Positions 1 through 9,669 of a stretch of DNA of 64,000 nt are shown here, one piece after another. A model generated the notes under the pieces. It saw only the letters and a list, made by a program, of their open reading frames with translations, ran no database searches and was not told the origin of the DNA. The DNA lies in contig JAOZFI010000006.1 in assembly GCA_027491395.1 (NCBI GenBank), positions 81,388-145,387 of the forward strand, in the 5' to 3' direction. The first letter of the stretch is position 1. The number at the start of each line of letters is the position of its first letter. This stretch comes from Thermoproteota archaeon. Its GTDB lineage: Archaea; Korarchaeota; Korarchaeia; Korarchaeales; Korarchaeaceae. The translations under genes were made by a program, and so were the position numbers.

Positions 1-2
1 CA

Positions 3-767
3 TTAAGACCGGGCTTCGGTCTCGACACCGAGATAACTCTTACTAGAGGACTAAGCAAGAAATCCGTGAACCAATTGAAGAGGACCCAGAAGCATGTGGC
101 GGACTCCAAGGAGAAGACCGTGGAACCTGCCCTAAGGAAGATAAGAGATGCTGCTGAGTCTCTAAACCTACCGCAAGAGACTGTCGAGGATGCAGCCACT
201 CTCTACAGGATGGCCGCACGGGCTGGACTGGTTAAAGGGAGAAGCATGGATGCCATGGTAGCCGCGGTCATCTATGCCGCCTGTAGGAGAACAGATGTAC
301 CTAGGACCTTAGAGGAGGTATCGAGATACTTCTCTCTGGAGGAGAAAGAGGTTGGGAGGAGCTTCAGGTTCCTGTTCAGGAAGCTAGGGATACAGATACC
401 TCCACCGAAACCGGAGAATTTTGTATATCTCATATGCTCCAAGCTGAACCTCCCTGAAGAGATCGCGACGCAAGCAATAAGGATAATCAAGATAGCCAAG
501 AAGAACGGAGCTACGATGGGAAGAGAGCCGGTAGGCGTGGCCGCAGCAGCAGTCTACATGGCCTGCCAAGAGTTAGGCATACACAGGACTCAGAGAGAGC
601 TAGCTCAGGCAGCTAACGTTACTGAGGTCACCGTGAGGAATAGGTACAAGGAACTCATCCAGAAGGCCCGCAAAGAATGGTTAGATGAGATAGGAGAGGA
701 AAGATTGAATGAAATAAAGAAGAGAATAGCCGAGAAGGTGAAAGCAGCCTCACAGGTGAAAGAATAA
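3..767 (+). CDS. tfb: Transcription initiation factor IIB (5'-truncated by window edge)
   Basis: Two cyclin-like repeats (KGRSMDAMVAAVIYAACR; GREPVGVAAAAVYMA; TQRELAQAANVTEVTVRNRYKEL); reading frame is open back to the window start. Confidence 0.95.
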   Translation, partial: LRPGFGLDTEITLTRGLSKKSVNQLKRTQKHVADSKEKTVEPALRKIRDAAESLNLPQETVEDAATLYRMAARAGLVKGRSMDAMVAAVIYAACRRTDVPRTLEEVSRYFSLEEKEVGRSFRFLFRKLGIQIPPPKPENFVYLICSKLNLPEEIATQAIRIIKIAKKNGATMGREPVGVAAAAVYMACQELGIHRTQRELAQAANVTEVTVRNRYKELIQKARKEWLDEIGEERLNEIKKRIAEKVKAASQVKE

Positions 768-806
768 TCTTTTTATTCCCCTTCAACGGCTCCATGGTGA
801 GTTGGA

Positions 807-950
807 ATGTATCAGTGCCTAAGGTGCGGCTACATCTTCACTAAGGAGGAGATGGAGGAATACTTCAAGGACTTTAAATGCCCTAGATGCGGGTACAGGA
901 TCCTAAGGAAAGTGAGGAAAGAGGAACCCAAGGTGGTGAAGGCGATCTGA
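807..950 (+). CDS. rpoP: RNA polymerase subunit Rpo12 (RpoP), 47 aa, below the ORF-track length cutoff
   Basis: Manual translation MYQCLRCGYIFTKEEMEEYFKDFKCPRCGYRILRKVRKEEPKVVKAI*; CxxC..CPxCGYRIL zinc ribbon; GGTGAG RBS at 796-801. Confidence 0.93.
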   Translation: MYQCLRCGYIFTKEEMEEYFKDFKCPRCGYRILRKVRKEEPKVVKAI

Positions 951-951
951 G

Positions 952-1524
952 TTGCCAGCCGATGAGGCGAACAAGTGGTTAACAAAGGAAATACTCACGC
1001 TGGCCGTATTATTCCTGATCTTTTTAGCATTCTTCAAGGTAGTCCTACCCCTGCTGACAGGTGTGGACTCCCCATTTACCGTGGTGACATCGGGATCGAT
1101 GAGACCCACCTTGGAAGTGGGGGATCTACTCATAGTGGTGGGCGCTGACCCTTACAATCTAAAGGTAGGGGACATAATAGTGTTCAGAGTCCCTTGGTCG
1201 AGCTCGCTCATAGTCCACAGGATAATCAGAATAGACATGAGCATGAACGGGCCAGTCTTTTACACTAAGGGAGATAACAACGCGCTTCCTGATCCGGGTT
1301 TCAGGACCTCTAGGGACATATACGGCAAAGTGGTTCTCAGAATTCCCTACTTGGGTTCCGCTCTGGAGCTGCTCCAGTCGCTTCCAGCCAAGCTGGCGAT
1401 TGTCGGAATTATTGCAGCCTATCTCCTCTATGAGTATTCCAAGGTATTAGGAAAGGAGAGTACCGATAATGAGCCTTATGAGCTTTACACAACCGAACAA
1501 GACGATAAATGGGAAGAAACCTGA
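952..1524 (+). CDS. sec11: Signal peptidase I (Sec11/S26B type)
   Basis: N-terminal TM; VVTSGSMRPTL (catalytic Ser), IVHR, TKGDNN motifs. Confidence 0.92.
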   Translation: MPADEANKWLTKEILTLAVLFLIFLAFFKVVLPLLTGVDSPFTVVTSGSMRPTLEVGDLLIVVGADPYNLKVGDIIVFRVPWSSSLIVHRIIRIDMSMNGPVFYTKGDNNALPDPGFRTSRDIYGKVVLRIPYLGSALELLQSLPAKLAIVGIIAAYLLYEYSKVLGKESTDNEPYELYTTEQDDKWEET

Positions 1525-1557
1525 AATTCTAGTGATTAGAGGTATCTAGTGGTAGAT

Positions 1558-1592
1558 CAAGTGGGGGAATAAAGGAGGCCCAAGTGGGGGAA
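1558..1592 (+). repeat. 12-bp direct repeat CAAGTGGGGGAA x2 upstream of the tbp promoter
   Basis: Copies at 1558-1569 and 1581-1592. Confidence 0.7.
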
Positions 1593-1607
1593 GGTAGCTG
1601 CCTCTCC

Positions 1608-1617
1608 TTTATATATA
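1608..1617 (+). promoter_or_regulatory. TATA box of tbp
   Basis: TTTATATATA about 35-45 nt upstream of ATG 1654. Confidence 0.55.
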
Positions 1618-1653
1618 ATGGGCCACTCGGATAGTAGTGAAACGGGGAAAACT

Positions 1654-2289
1654 ATGTCATTCGACGATAGTGAAAGCGAAGTAATGGAAGAAAAATCCAC
1701 AAAAAAGGAAGATGTGGAAGAAATTTTAAGAAGGCTGAGGGAGCCCGAGATAACCATCCAGAACGTCGTGTCATCAGCTGACATAAGGCAGAGACTCGAT
1801 CTACACGAGATTGCCAAGAAGATAAAGAAATCAAGGTATGATCCGGAGAAGTTCCCCGGACTAGTGCTCAAGCTAGATGAACCCAAGGCCGCCCTCCTGC
1901 TCTTCAGCAGTGGGAAGTTCGTATGCACTGGTACTAAGTCCGTAGAGGAATCGGCTAGAGCCATAAATGCGGCGATAGAGGTCCTCAAGAAGCATGGGAT
2001 AGAGGTCAAAAGGAGGCCTCTCATCAAGGCAGAGAACATAGTTGCTTCCGCAAAGCTCTTCGTCAAGGTAGACATAGAGAAACTGGCTTTGGAGCTTCCT
2101 AACACTCTCTACGAGCCAGAACAGTTCCCAGGTCTGATATTCAGGATGAAGGATCCCGATGTAGTTTTCCTGATATTCGCCTCTGGAAGCCTAGTTTGTA
2201 CCGGTGCGAAGAAGGAGTCTGATGTAAAGAGGGCAGTCTATAAATTGAGGAGGATCCTAGCTGAAGGCGGATATCTAGTTTTCGATTGA
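1654..2289 (+). CDS. tbp: TATA-box binding protein with acidic N-terminal extension
   Basis: Two TBP repeats (IQNVVSSA..YDPEKFPGL..LLFSSGKFVCTG; ENIVASA..YEPEQFPGL..LIFASGSLVCTG). Start moved from 1618, which abuts the TATA box, to 1654; exact start uncertain. Confidence 0.96.
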   Translation: MSFDDSESEVMEEKSTKKEDVEEILRRLREPEITIQNVVSSADIRQRLDLHEIAKKIKKSRYDPEKFPGLVLKLDEPKAALLLFSSGKFVCTGTKSVEESARAINAAIEVLKKHGIEVKRRPLIKAENIVASAKLFVKVDIEKLALELPNTLYEPEQFPGLIFRMKDPDVVFLIFASGSLVCTGAKKESDVKRAVYKLRRILAEGGYLVFD

Positions 2290-2353
2290 ATGCCGGTTCT
2301 CTCGACTCCAGCTCTTTTTATTTTAGTCAGGCGCTAACTGTGGGGGTGGGTCC

Positions 2354-3451
2354 ATGGTAAAGACGACAGTCTCAGTCATCAAAGCCGATATAGGTGGTCT
2401 GGCCGGGCATCACGTGGTTCACCCCAAGCTCAAGGAAGTAGCTGCTCAGGAGCTGTCTAAAGCCAAAGACTCTAGGCTTATAGAGGATTTCTACGTGACG
2501 GCAGTAGGGGATGACCTTCAACTGATAATGACACACAGGAAAGGAGTAGAGAACCCCGAAATCCACGAACTGGCTTGGAATGTTTTCAAGAAAGGTACTG
2601 AGGTGGCGAAGGAGTTAGGACTCTATGGTGCGGGACAGGACCTCCTAAAGGATGCGTTCTCAGGAAATCTAAAGGGCATGGGACCTGGAGTGGCTGAAAT
2701 GGAGTTCGAAGAGAGGCCATCTGATCCTTTAATTGTGTTCATGGCGGATAAGACCGAACCGGGCGCCTTCAACCTCCCCATGTTCCGGATATTCGCGGAT
2801 CCCTTCAACACAGCCGGCTTGGTTATAGACCCTAGGCTCCACGACGGTTTCATATTCGAGATAATGGATGTGATGGAGAGCAAGGTCGTGGAGATGTCCT
2901 CTCCGGAGGAGATGTACGACATCCTCTCCCTAATCGGTACTCCAGGCAGATATGTGATACGCAGGGTGTTTAGGAAGTCCGATAGAGAGATAGCAGCCGT
3001 GGTCAGTACAACTAGGCTGAACCTGATCGCTGGCAAGTATGTGGGTAAGGACGATCCCGTAGCTATAGTTAGGGCGCAAAGCGGATTTCCGGCGCTAGGA
3101 GAGGTGCTCGAACCCTTCTCGTTCCCCTTCTTGGTAGCTGGCTGGATGAGAGGATCTCACCACGGTCCCCTCATGCCCGTCTCCGAGGCCGACGCGAGGC
3201 CCAGTAGATTCGATGGCCCTCCCAGAATAGTCGCCTTAGGATTCCAAGTGCAGGACTCCAAGCTAATAGGACCGAGCGATCTCTTCTCTGATGTGGCCTT
3301 TGATGAAGCTAGGAGAATGGCCAACATGATAACTGACTACATGAGGAGGCACGGTCCCTTCATGCCACATAGACTCGGACCCGAGGAGATGGAGTACACG
3401 ACATTGCCCAAGGTACTTGAGAAATTGAAGGACAGGTTCAGGCCCGAGTGA
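2354..3451 (+). CDS. fbp: Bifunctional fructose-1,6-bisphosphate aldolase/phosphatase (class V FBPase)
   Basis: SVIKADIG, VGDDLQL, LYGAGQDLL, YVGKDDP, GWMRGSH, MEYTTLP motifs. Confidence 0.96.
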   Translation: MVKTTVSVIKADIGGLAGHHVVHPKLKEVAAQELSKAKDSRLIEDFYVTAVGDDLQLIMTHRKGVENPEIHELAWNVFKKGTEVAKELGLYGAGQDLLKDAFSGNLKGMGPGVAEMEFEERPSDPLIVFMADKTEPGAFNLPMFRIFADPFNTAGLVIDPRLHDGFIFEIMDVMESKVVEMSSPEEMYDILSLIGTPGRYVIRRVFRKSDREIAAVVSTTRLNLIAGKYVGKDDPVAIVRAQSGFPALGEVLEPFSFPFLVAGWMRGSHHGPLMPVSEADARPSRFDGPPRIVALGFQVQDSKLIGPSDLFSDVAFDEARRMANMITDYMRRHGPFMPHRLGPEEMEYTTLPKVLEKLKDRFRPE

Positions 3452-4127
3452 TTTCCACGAAAGGCTCCACCAACTCTTCCATTTTTTCGTAAGGATTTGG
3501 ACTTTTGGCTACAGCGGAGGCAACAAGCACACCATAGCTACCGAGCCTTATCGCAGCTCTTACATCTTCTCCACTGGTGATTCCTGCACCGCAGAGGAGA
3601 TCAACGTTAGGATTGACATCTATCACGGCCTTAAGCGAGTTCTGAACGACCTCCGGTTTGGCCTTTGATACCGGAATGCCCGTTCCGATGAGTTCAGGAG
3701 GTTCTATGGCGACCGCGTCTGGGGATAAGGCCGCGACGGCTGCCGACTCTTGAGGCGTTGGAGCGCACACTATGGGAGAGAGACCCAATTCTTTCAGCTT
3801 TGTAACGGCCACACTTATATGATGGAGCTCTATCTGCTTCTCAGAATGGTTCAACAGGGAACCTCTAGCACCAGACTTTTTTACGAGTTCAGGCGGAATA
3901 TGACCCGTGTGGGCCCCCGGGTCTATGGGATCCACATGCTGGGAGTACACTGGGATATCAACGCTTTCCGCCACTACTTTCAAATCCAGTACATTCGGAG
4001 CAATGCCGATAAGAACCCCTGTTTCCCTCCAGACCTTCTCCGCTTGTCTAGCTATCTCCACGGCCTTCACTCCCGAAGCCTGTGAGTATGTCTTCAGGTT
4101 AACCAGCAGCCTAGGAACCTCTGTCAT
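3438..4127 (-). CDS. tpiA: Triosephosphate isomerase (archaeal type)
   Basis: VNLKTY, LLNHSE, AIEPPELIGTG, LCGAGI motifs. Confidence 0.96.
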   Translation of the reverse strand: MTEVPRLLVNLKTYSQASGVKAVEIARQAEKVWRETGVLIGIAPNVLDLKVVAESVDIPVYSQHVDPIDPGAHTGHIPPELVKKSGARGSLLNHSEKQIELHHISVAVTKLKELGLSPIVCAPTPQESAAVAALSPDAVAIEPPELIGTGIPVSKAKPEVVQNSLKAVIDVNPNVDLLCGAGITSGEDVRAAIRLGSYGVLVASAVAKSPNPYEKMEELVEPFVEITRA

Positions 4128-4168
4128 AATTTAGTTGCTCTCCCAAATCTTAATCAGCTTTTTGTTAG

Positions 4169-5050
4169 GTGGGGATCCCGATTGAAATGAAGCTGGATTA
4201 CAGGTGCCCCGCCTGTATATTTAAGGTGGCAGCTAGAGAGGCTAGGTATGTACCGACCGATAGGAGACTTCCCTTTGTCAGGGATGTAGTGCGGGCCCTC
4301 CACTCTATGATGGACGAGGCTCCTACTCCCGCTCACATAGCGGCCGAGAGGGAGAAACTCCTCAAATCATACTCTGGATCGGAAGATCCCTATGCGACCA
4401 GAAAGGGGGAGCTAATAGAACTAGTCCTAAAGGATCTAGTTCCCCTGATAGAGGAAGAGCTAGTTAACCTACCTGAGGGCTACCACAGGTTCAGATGGCT
4501 TGCCCTGAACTCCGCATCGGCGAACGGATACGAAGTCCCACTAATGGGGGGAAAAGACCTCGTAGAGAGGTTCACCAAGGTGGTAGCTAGGGACCTAGAG
4601 ATAGACGGCACTGAGGAGGCGTTCGATATAATAACTAAAGCCGGTCCGGGGGACATAATATCCTTCATCTTCGACAACGCCCACGAAGCCCCAATAGACT
4701 TAATCCTAGTCAAGTATCTAGAACAGATGGGCAAGACCGTATATCTGTTTGCGAAAAAGTCTCCCATGGCTGACGATCTGACTGTGGAGGAACTACGATC
4801 ACTGCACAAGTCACCCTACATCTTCGGTTTGAGTTCCCCGCTTGGAGTCATGCCTGAAAGGGAGACGGAGGTTAACATGAACATCCTTAGATCCTCGAAG
4901 CTTATCATAGCCAAGGGGATGGCCAGCTACGAGACCCTCACCGAGGTGGACTTAGGTGTAAAGGTATTACACTTGCTCACACTAAAATGCGAGGCCGTTG
5001 CAGAACATGCTGGTGGAAAGCTGGGGAGCCCAGTAGCCATAATGAGGTGA
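4169..5050 (+). CDS. DUF89/ARMT1-like damage-control phosphatase
   Basis: N-terminal CxxC, DPY, FDNAHE, IIAKGMASYETL, LKC motifs. Confidence 0.8.
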   Translation: MGIPIEMKLDYRCPACIFKVAAREARYVPTDRRLPFVRDVVRALHSMMDEAPTPAHIAAEREKLLKSYSGSEDPYATRKGELIELVLKDLVPLIEEELVNLPEGYHRFRWLALNSASANGYEVPLMGGKDLVERFTKVVARDLEIDGTEEAFDIITKAGPGDIISFIFDNAHEAPIDLILVKYLEQMGKTVYLFAKKSPMADDLTVEELRSLHKSPYIFGLSSPLGVMPERETEVNMNILRSSKLIIAKGMASYETLTEVDLGVKVLHLLTLKCEAVAEHAGGKLGSPVAIMR

Positions 5051-5054
5051 TAGG

Positions 5055-5669
5055 ATGGCGGAGTTCTCTATGGGGGAGGGAGAATACCTAGTCAGGCTAG
5101 CTAGAAAATCTATAGAGCACTACATGGAAAGGAGATCAGTTCTCGAGGTCGATCCTCCCTATTCCAAGCTGAAGATCCCTTACGGAGCCTTCGTAACCCT
5201 GAGCACATATCCTGAGAGAAATCTTAGAGGCTGCATAGGTTATCCGGAACCTATTCTGCCCCTTTACAAGGCCGTCATAAGGGCAGCCATAGCGGCGGCT
5301 TTCGAGGATCCTAGGTTCCCTCCTCTAGCTAAGGAGGAGCTTGATAGGGTCGCAGTCGAGGTCTCAATACTGACCCCTCCCGAGAGGATAGACGACAAAG
5401 TGGAGAGCAGGTTCGATCTACGGAGGATGGTGAAAGTGGGGAAACATGGACTGATAGTTCGCCGCGGTGTGTATTCCGGCCTCTTGCTTCCACAGGTCGC
5501 CGTGGAATACTCTTGGGACTCCGAAGAATTTCTAAGCCAGACTTGTATCAAAGCCGGAATGTGGGTGGACTGCTGGCTCAAGGAGGGAACTGAAGTATAT
5601 AGGTTCACTGCGGAGATCTTTGAGGAAGAGAAACCCAGGAGACGGATCATCAGGAGAGAGATAGGATAA
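5055..5669 (+). CDS. AMMECR1-domain protein
   Basis: GAFVTL, LRGCIG, AAFEDPRF, GLLLPQV, CIKAG motifs. Confidence 0.93.
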   Translation: MAEFSMGEGEYLVRLARKSIEHYMERRSVLEVDPPYSKLKIPYGAFVTLSTYPERNLRGCIGYPEPILPLYKAVIRAAIAAAFEDPRFPPLAKEELDRVAVEVSILTPPERIDDKVESRFDLRRMVKVGKHGLIVRRGVYSGLLLPQVAVEYSWDSEEFLSQTCIKAGMWVDCWLKEGTEVYRFTAEIFEEEKPRRRIIRREIG

Positions 5670-5683
5670 GAAGGTTCGATCGC

Positions 5684-6865
5684 ATGCCGAGGGCCTACTT
5701 CTCACCCTTAGGTATAGGATACGGACACGCGTCTAGATCCTTGAACCTAGCTAGAAGGCTTAAGAAAGAGGGATTCTCCATCTTCTTCTCAGCATACGGA
5801 GATGCCTCCTCTTATCTGATGGGGGCGGAGGAAGTGGAGGTTGTGTATTGCGGTGAGGAAATGCTATGGAAGCAGAAGCCGGATGGAAGCCCTGACCTCT
5901 GGGGGACGCTCAAGAGTTTATCTGAACTGAGGAACTTCCTTCACCACATAAAGACCGAGAAGGAGAACATAGAGGCAGCATCTCCAGATGTCGTAGTATC
6001 CGACTCCAGAATATCCACATTGATCGCAGCTCAGTACCTTGGAGTGCCCAGCGTCGTGGTGCTCAACCAACCTAAATTACTCCTCTCGCCCCTCATGAGG
6101 AGAAACACTCCTCCAGATGATCTAAGTGATAGCGAGGGTTACAGCGTACTATCCACAGTGGTGGAGAAGCTACTCAACACGGCGATAACTAGGTTCTGGG
6201 GGCTCTCCCAAGCATCAATAATAGCGGATTTTCCTCCACCCTTCAGCATATCCAAGTACCATACCTCAGATCTCCCGAAACCTCTCATGGACAGGATAGT
6301 CTTCTCAGGCCCCCTGATAGAGCCTAACTGCAGACCGGGCAGGAAAGAGGACGTGATCCTGATAATGATATCTGGACCAGGCGCCGAGAGAAAGTCCTTG
6401 GCTGATGTTATACTGAAACTCCTGAATGACATACCGAAGGATCTCAGGGACTACGAATTCATAGTATCCTTGGGTGAGCCGTCCAATTCCGGAGACGAGG
6501 AGGTCCGGGACAACGTGAAGATATACAAGTGGCTGCCTGACAAGTGGAGCGTCTTGGAGAGGGCTAGGCTGGTGGTTTCCAGAGCTGGGCATACGACTAT
6601 CACTGAGGCGCTCATGTGCGGGAAGCCCCTCCTGTTGATACCCGTTCCGGGACAGACGGAAAAAATGGAGAACGCCCGCTCCATAGAAGAGATGGGTCTG
6701 GGCAGGATGGTCAGGCAGTCAGAGGTGGAGGCTAAGTTCTTTGAGGTGTTGAGATCCCTGCTTAAGCAAGAGTATGAGAGGAGGGTTAAGAGGTTCAGGG
6801 AGAGATTTAAAGACTGGAATTTCCTAGATAGGGCAGCTGGGATAATAGAGTCAGTTCTCTACTGA
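5684..6865 (+). CDS. GT-B glycosyltransferase (GT28/MurG-like)
   Basis: GIGYGHASR, DVVVSD, VSRAGHTTITEAL, GKPLLLIPVPGQTE. Confidence 0.85.
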   Translation: MPRAYFSPLGIGYGHASRSLNLARRLKKEGFSIFFSAYGDASSYLMGAEEVEVVYCGEEMLWKQKPDGSPDLWGTLKSLSELRNFLHHIKTEKENIEAASPDVVVSDSRISTLIAAQYLGVPSVVVLNQPKLLLSPLMRRNTPPDDLSDSEGYSVLSTVVEKLLNTAITRFWGLSQASIIADFPPPFSISKYHTSDLPKPLMDRIVFSGPLIEPNCRPGRKEDVILIMISGPGAERKSLADVILKLLNDIPKDLRDYEFIVSLGEPSNSGDEEVRDNVKIYKWLPDKWSVLERARLVVSRAGHTTITEALMCGKPLLLIPVPGQTEKMENARSIEEMGLGRMVRQSEVEAKFFEVLRSLLKQEYERRVKRFRERFKDWNFLDRAAGIIESVLY

Positions 6866-7350
6866 ACTAAAGATTTGGTTACCGCCCATCTCAGTGCTCT
6901 AAAGATTCTCTCCAAGTTATTCAGTTCATCGACTTGGATCCTTATTGCTCTGAGTCTGCCGTCAGGATATTCGTCGATCTCGCATCTCCCCCCGTACTCC
7001 TCCACTTTTCTCATGAGGAACGAGCTTATGGGCCTCTCCCTGGCATCTACTACCACGTTTTCGGTCGGCACGAACGCAATACTGCCCGTTCTCTTGTTAA
7101 CCCTGGCGATACCGATCAAAGTGCCGTCCTCCGAGGTGAGCCTCCTCTCCTCTACATCCCTAGGCTGCTGAATCTCAGGTTCCGACTTGAGTTGATCTGC
7201 AGTCACTAGGGTCTGCTCTAACAGGACCTGATCAAGGGCCTCGACCATTTCCCTCAACTGAAGGACTTCCCTCTCCAACTTCTCTATCCTCCTCTTCAGG
7301 AACTCCCTGAGCTTGAGTAAATTCTTTATCCTCTCACTCCTTTCGGACAA
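6859..7350 (-). CDS. Hypothetical protein with N-terminal coiled coil
   Basis: 163-aa ORF overlapping the lysS stop; heptad-rich first ~50 aa. Confidence 0.7.
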   Translation of the reverse strand: MSERSERIKNLLKLREFLKRRIEKLEREVLQLREMVEALDQVLLEQTLVTADQLKSEPEIQQPRDVEERRLTSEDGTLIGIARVNKRTGSIAFVPTENVVVDARERPISSFLMRKVEEYGGRCEIDEYPDGRLRAIRIQVDELNNLERIFRALRWAVTKSLVQ

Positions 7351-8956
7351 TCCTACCTTCCTCCAAAGATTTCCTGTACAAGTCCTTAAATCTGTTCACG
7401 CCGACCCTCGAGATGAGTGGGCCCAACTTGGGACCCTGTGGCTGACCCAGCAGTATCATGTATAGGGCCCTGAAGAACTCTCTTACTGGTACACCCTTGC
7501 CCCTAGCGGTCTCGAATGCTAGGTTCTGTATGTCCTCATCGACCATATCCTCAGAAAGACTCTCCACAAAGGAGTTCACGGCTTCGAGAACTTTACCATT
7601 TATCTCCACGATTCCGAGCTCTCTGCTGCCGAAGTTCTCCACGTAGTTCTTGGCATAGTACACGTATCTTCTGAAGATATCATCGTTCAGCAGGGAATCT
7701 GGATCCACGCCGTAATACTTTGAGATAAGGTCTGCAGCCAGCCTCAGCAACTCCTCGAAGCCCATATTTCTCGGAAGCATCGATACGACATTGAGGACCG
7801 CGGAGTACCTGTAAGGCCACGGCTCGGGGACGCCCTCCATCAGATAGGTGAACTCCATGAGTCTCTTCAAGGTGATGCGATCCCTTTCACTCCTTATTCT
7901 CTCCAAGTTGTGATACTTCCTCACGTTGTTTTCCAGCTCGTTTATGTAGAGAGGAGAGCTCTGCAGGGATATGCTCCTAGTTCCGTGGTATCTCTTGAAC
8001 ATGAGCATCCTCAAGGCCTCAGGGGGAGAGAACTCCATCCACATCTGGGGCGTTATGACGTTCCCAGCGCTCTTACTTATCTTCCTCTTAGTAGAATCTA
8101 GGAACATCTCGTACATCACCGTAAGCGGTGGCTCGTACCCTAAGACTTCCCTAGCTATCCTCTCGTTCACCCTGAACGAGTCGGTTATGTCCTTCCCGTG
8201 AGGTTCAAACACTATCCCTAACGCGGCCCACCTAGCTGCGAACTCTCCCTTCCAAGAGAGCTTACCCTCTCCCTTCAGATATGAGGCCTCACCGATGTAC
8301 CCGCACCCCTTCATCCCCTTGAACTCCTGATCACAGGCGTAAATGACCTTGCCCTCCTCAGGAATGACCTTCAGCACCCTAGTTGTATATATCCTACCGC
8401 ATCTCTCGCATCTAGGCCAGTAATGAATCCATCCCTCGGGTTTACTCGATCCCACCTCCTCTCTGATTATCCTGTCGACCTTATCGTTGTTCTCCAATAG
8501 TTTAGAGACCTGCTCGTCTAACAATCCGGATTTATAGGCCTCGGTCCCGGAGATAAATGTGAACTCTATGCCCAACTTCTCCAAGGCATCTATCAACATA
8601 GAGCTCATGTGTTCCCCGTAGCTGGAATGGCATCCCCAAGGATCGGGGATCTCGCTCACCGGCATTCCCAAATACTTGGAGTATTCCTCGGGCACTCCTG
8701 CAGGTACCTTTCTCAACCCATCTCTATCATCGCTGTACGCTATCAATTCACTCTTGTATCCCAGCTCCTCCAGAGCCAGCTTGACCCCGTAGGCCCTGAG
8801 CGAATCTCCCACAGAACCTATGTGAGGGAAGCCGCTTGCCCCTATCCCCGATTCAACCCTCAAAACATCTATCTTCCTTCCGAGCCCCTCCTCTCTCTCT
8901 ATTATGTCCTTAGCTATTTTATCCAGCCAGAAATGAGGCCTCCTCTCCGAACCCAT
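7334..8956 (-). CDS. lysS: Lysyl-tRNA synthetase, class I
   Basis: HFW N-terminus, SGFPHIGS (HIGH), GKLSWK, KISKS (KMSKS), QGPKLG; start taken at the internal ATG 8956. Confidence 0.95.
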   Translation of the reverse strand: MGSERRPHFWLDKIAKDIIEREEGLGRKIDVLRVESGIGASGFPHIGSVGDSLRAYGVKLALEELGYKSELIAYSDDRDGLRKVPAGVPEEYSKYLGMPVSEIPDPWGCHSSYGEHMSSMLIDALEKLGIEFTFISGTEAYKSGLLDEQVSKLLENNDKVDRIIREEVGSSKPEGWIHYWPRCERCGRIYTTRVLKVIPEEGKVIYACDQEFKGMKGCGYIGEASYLKGEGKLSWKGEFAARWAALGIVFEPHGKDITDSFRVNERIAREVLGYEPPLTVMYEMFLDSTKRKISKSAGNVITPQMWMEFSPPEALRMLMFKRYHGTRSISLQSSPLYINELENNVRKYHNLERIRSERDRITLKRLMEFTYLMEGVPEPWPYRYSAVLNVVSMLPRNMGFEELLRLAADLISKYYGVDPDSLLNDDIFRRYVYYAKNYVENFGSRELGIVEINGKVLEAVNSFVESLSEDMVDEDIQNLAFETARGKGVPVREFFRALYMILLGQPQGPKLGPLISRVGVNRFKDLYRKSLEEGRIVRKE

Positions 8957-9030
8957 GTAGATCGGTCCTACCGGTCTGTGAGCAATAAGAAATTTACCCA
9001 AAAATTAGAGGGGGTTTTCTCCCCCCGGGC

Positions 9031-9312
9031 TCACACTTGGGTGAGCTCGATCTCTATTACGCTTATGTCCCTCCTGCTACCGTTCTCGTCGATGATTTCC
9101 TCAGTGCCAGTCCTGAGGTCGGTTATCTTGATCTTGCCAGGGAAGTACTTAAGCCTAGTTATCTCAGCCACATCGACGGCCCTGGATATAGACCTACCCC
9201 TGGCCTTCAGCACGATCTTCTTCACACCCCTGTTTATCTGAAGGGTGGTAGCCATAACGTAGTTGATAGCAGGCTTCTTACCAACATAGACGATTCCCTC
9301 TTCAGCCACCAT
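9031..9312 (-). CDS. albA: DNA/RNA-binding protein Alba
   Basis: VYVGKKPAINYV, LKARGRSISRAVDVAE, ISVIEIEL. Confidence 0.96.
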   Translation of the reverse strand: MVAEEGIVYVGKKPAINYVMATTLQINRGVKKIVLKARGRSISRAVDVAEITRLKYFPGKIKITDLRTGTEEIIDENGSRRDISVIEIELTQV

Positions 9313-9407
9313 GCGTATCACCTCTCTATCCTCTGTAGGCCCGCCTCTTTCACTGGGGAGCCTGGAGGGCGAGCTGTGTCTGACTCACCACTCAGCAATT
9401 AAAAAAG

Positions 9408-9668
9408 TTACTCTCGCTTCAGGAGCTTCCTAACATCTAGGAGGGAGATCTTCTCTCCTTCCCTCCTCTCCAAGATGAGAGGCAACTTTCCTTTCTCCAG
9501 CTCCAATTTAGCTAGCTCGACGGGATCGGTCAGACCTTCAGGTATCTCGTTCTCATCTAAAAAGAGGGGAGAGCCAGCCGCGATCTGCTGGGCCCTAATG
9601 GATATTATCCTTATGCGCTCGAACTTGGTGAGCCTCTTGGGGCCCAACAGATCGCTATTAGCTGACAC
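9408..9668 (-). CDS. rpoK: RNA polymerase subunit Rpo6 (RpoK)
   Basis: LTKFERIRIISIRAQQIAAG..DPVELAKLEL..KLPLILER. Confidence 0.93.
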   Translation of the reverse strand: MSANSDLLGPKRLTKFERIRIISIRAQQIAAGSPLFLDENEIPEGLTDPVELAKLELEKGKLPLILERREGEKISLLDVRKLLKRE

Positions 9669-9669
9669 C

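Noticed and set aside
9330-9395. Box C/D sRNA upstream of alba (GUGGUGA...CAGA)
   Set aside because: Box C lacks the K-turn GA, there is no terminal stem, and it lies too close to the TATA box; kept only as a leader hairpin
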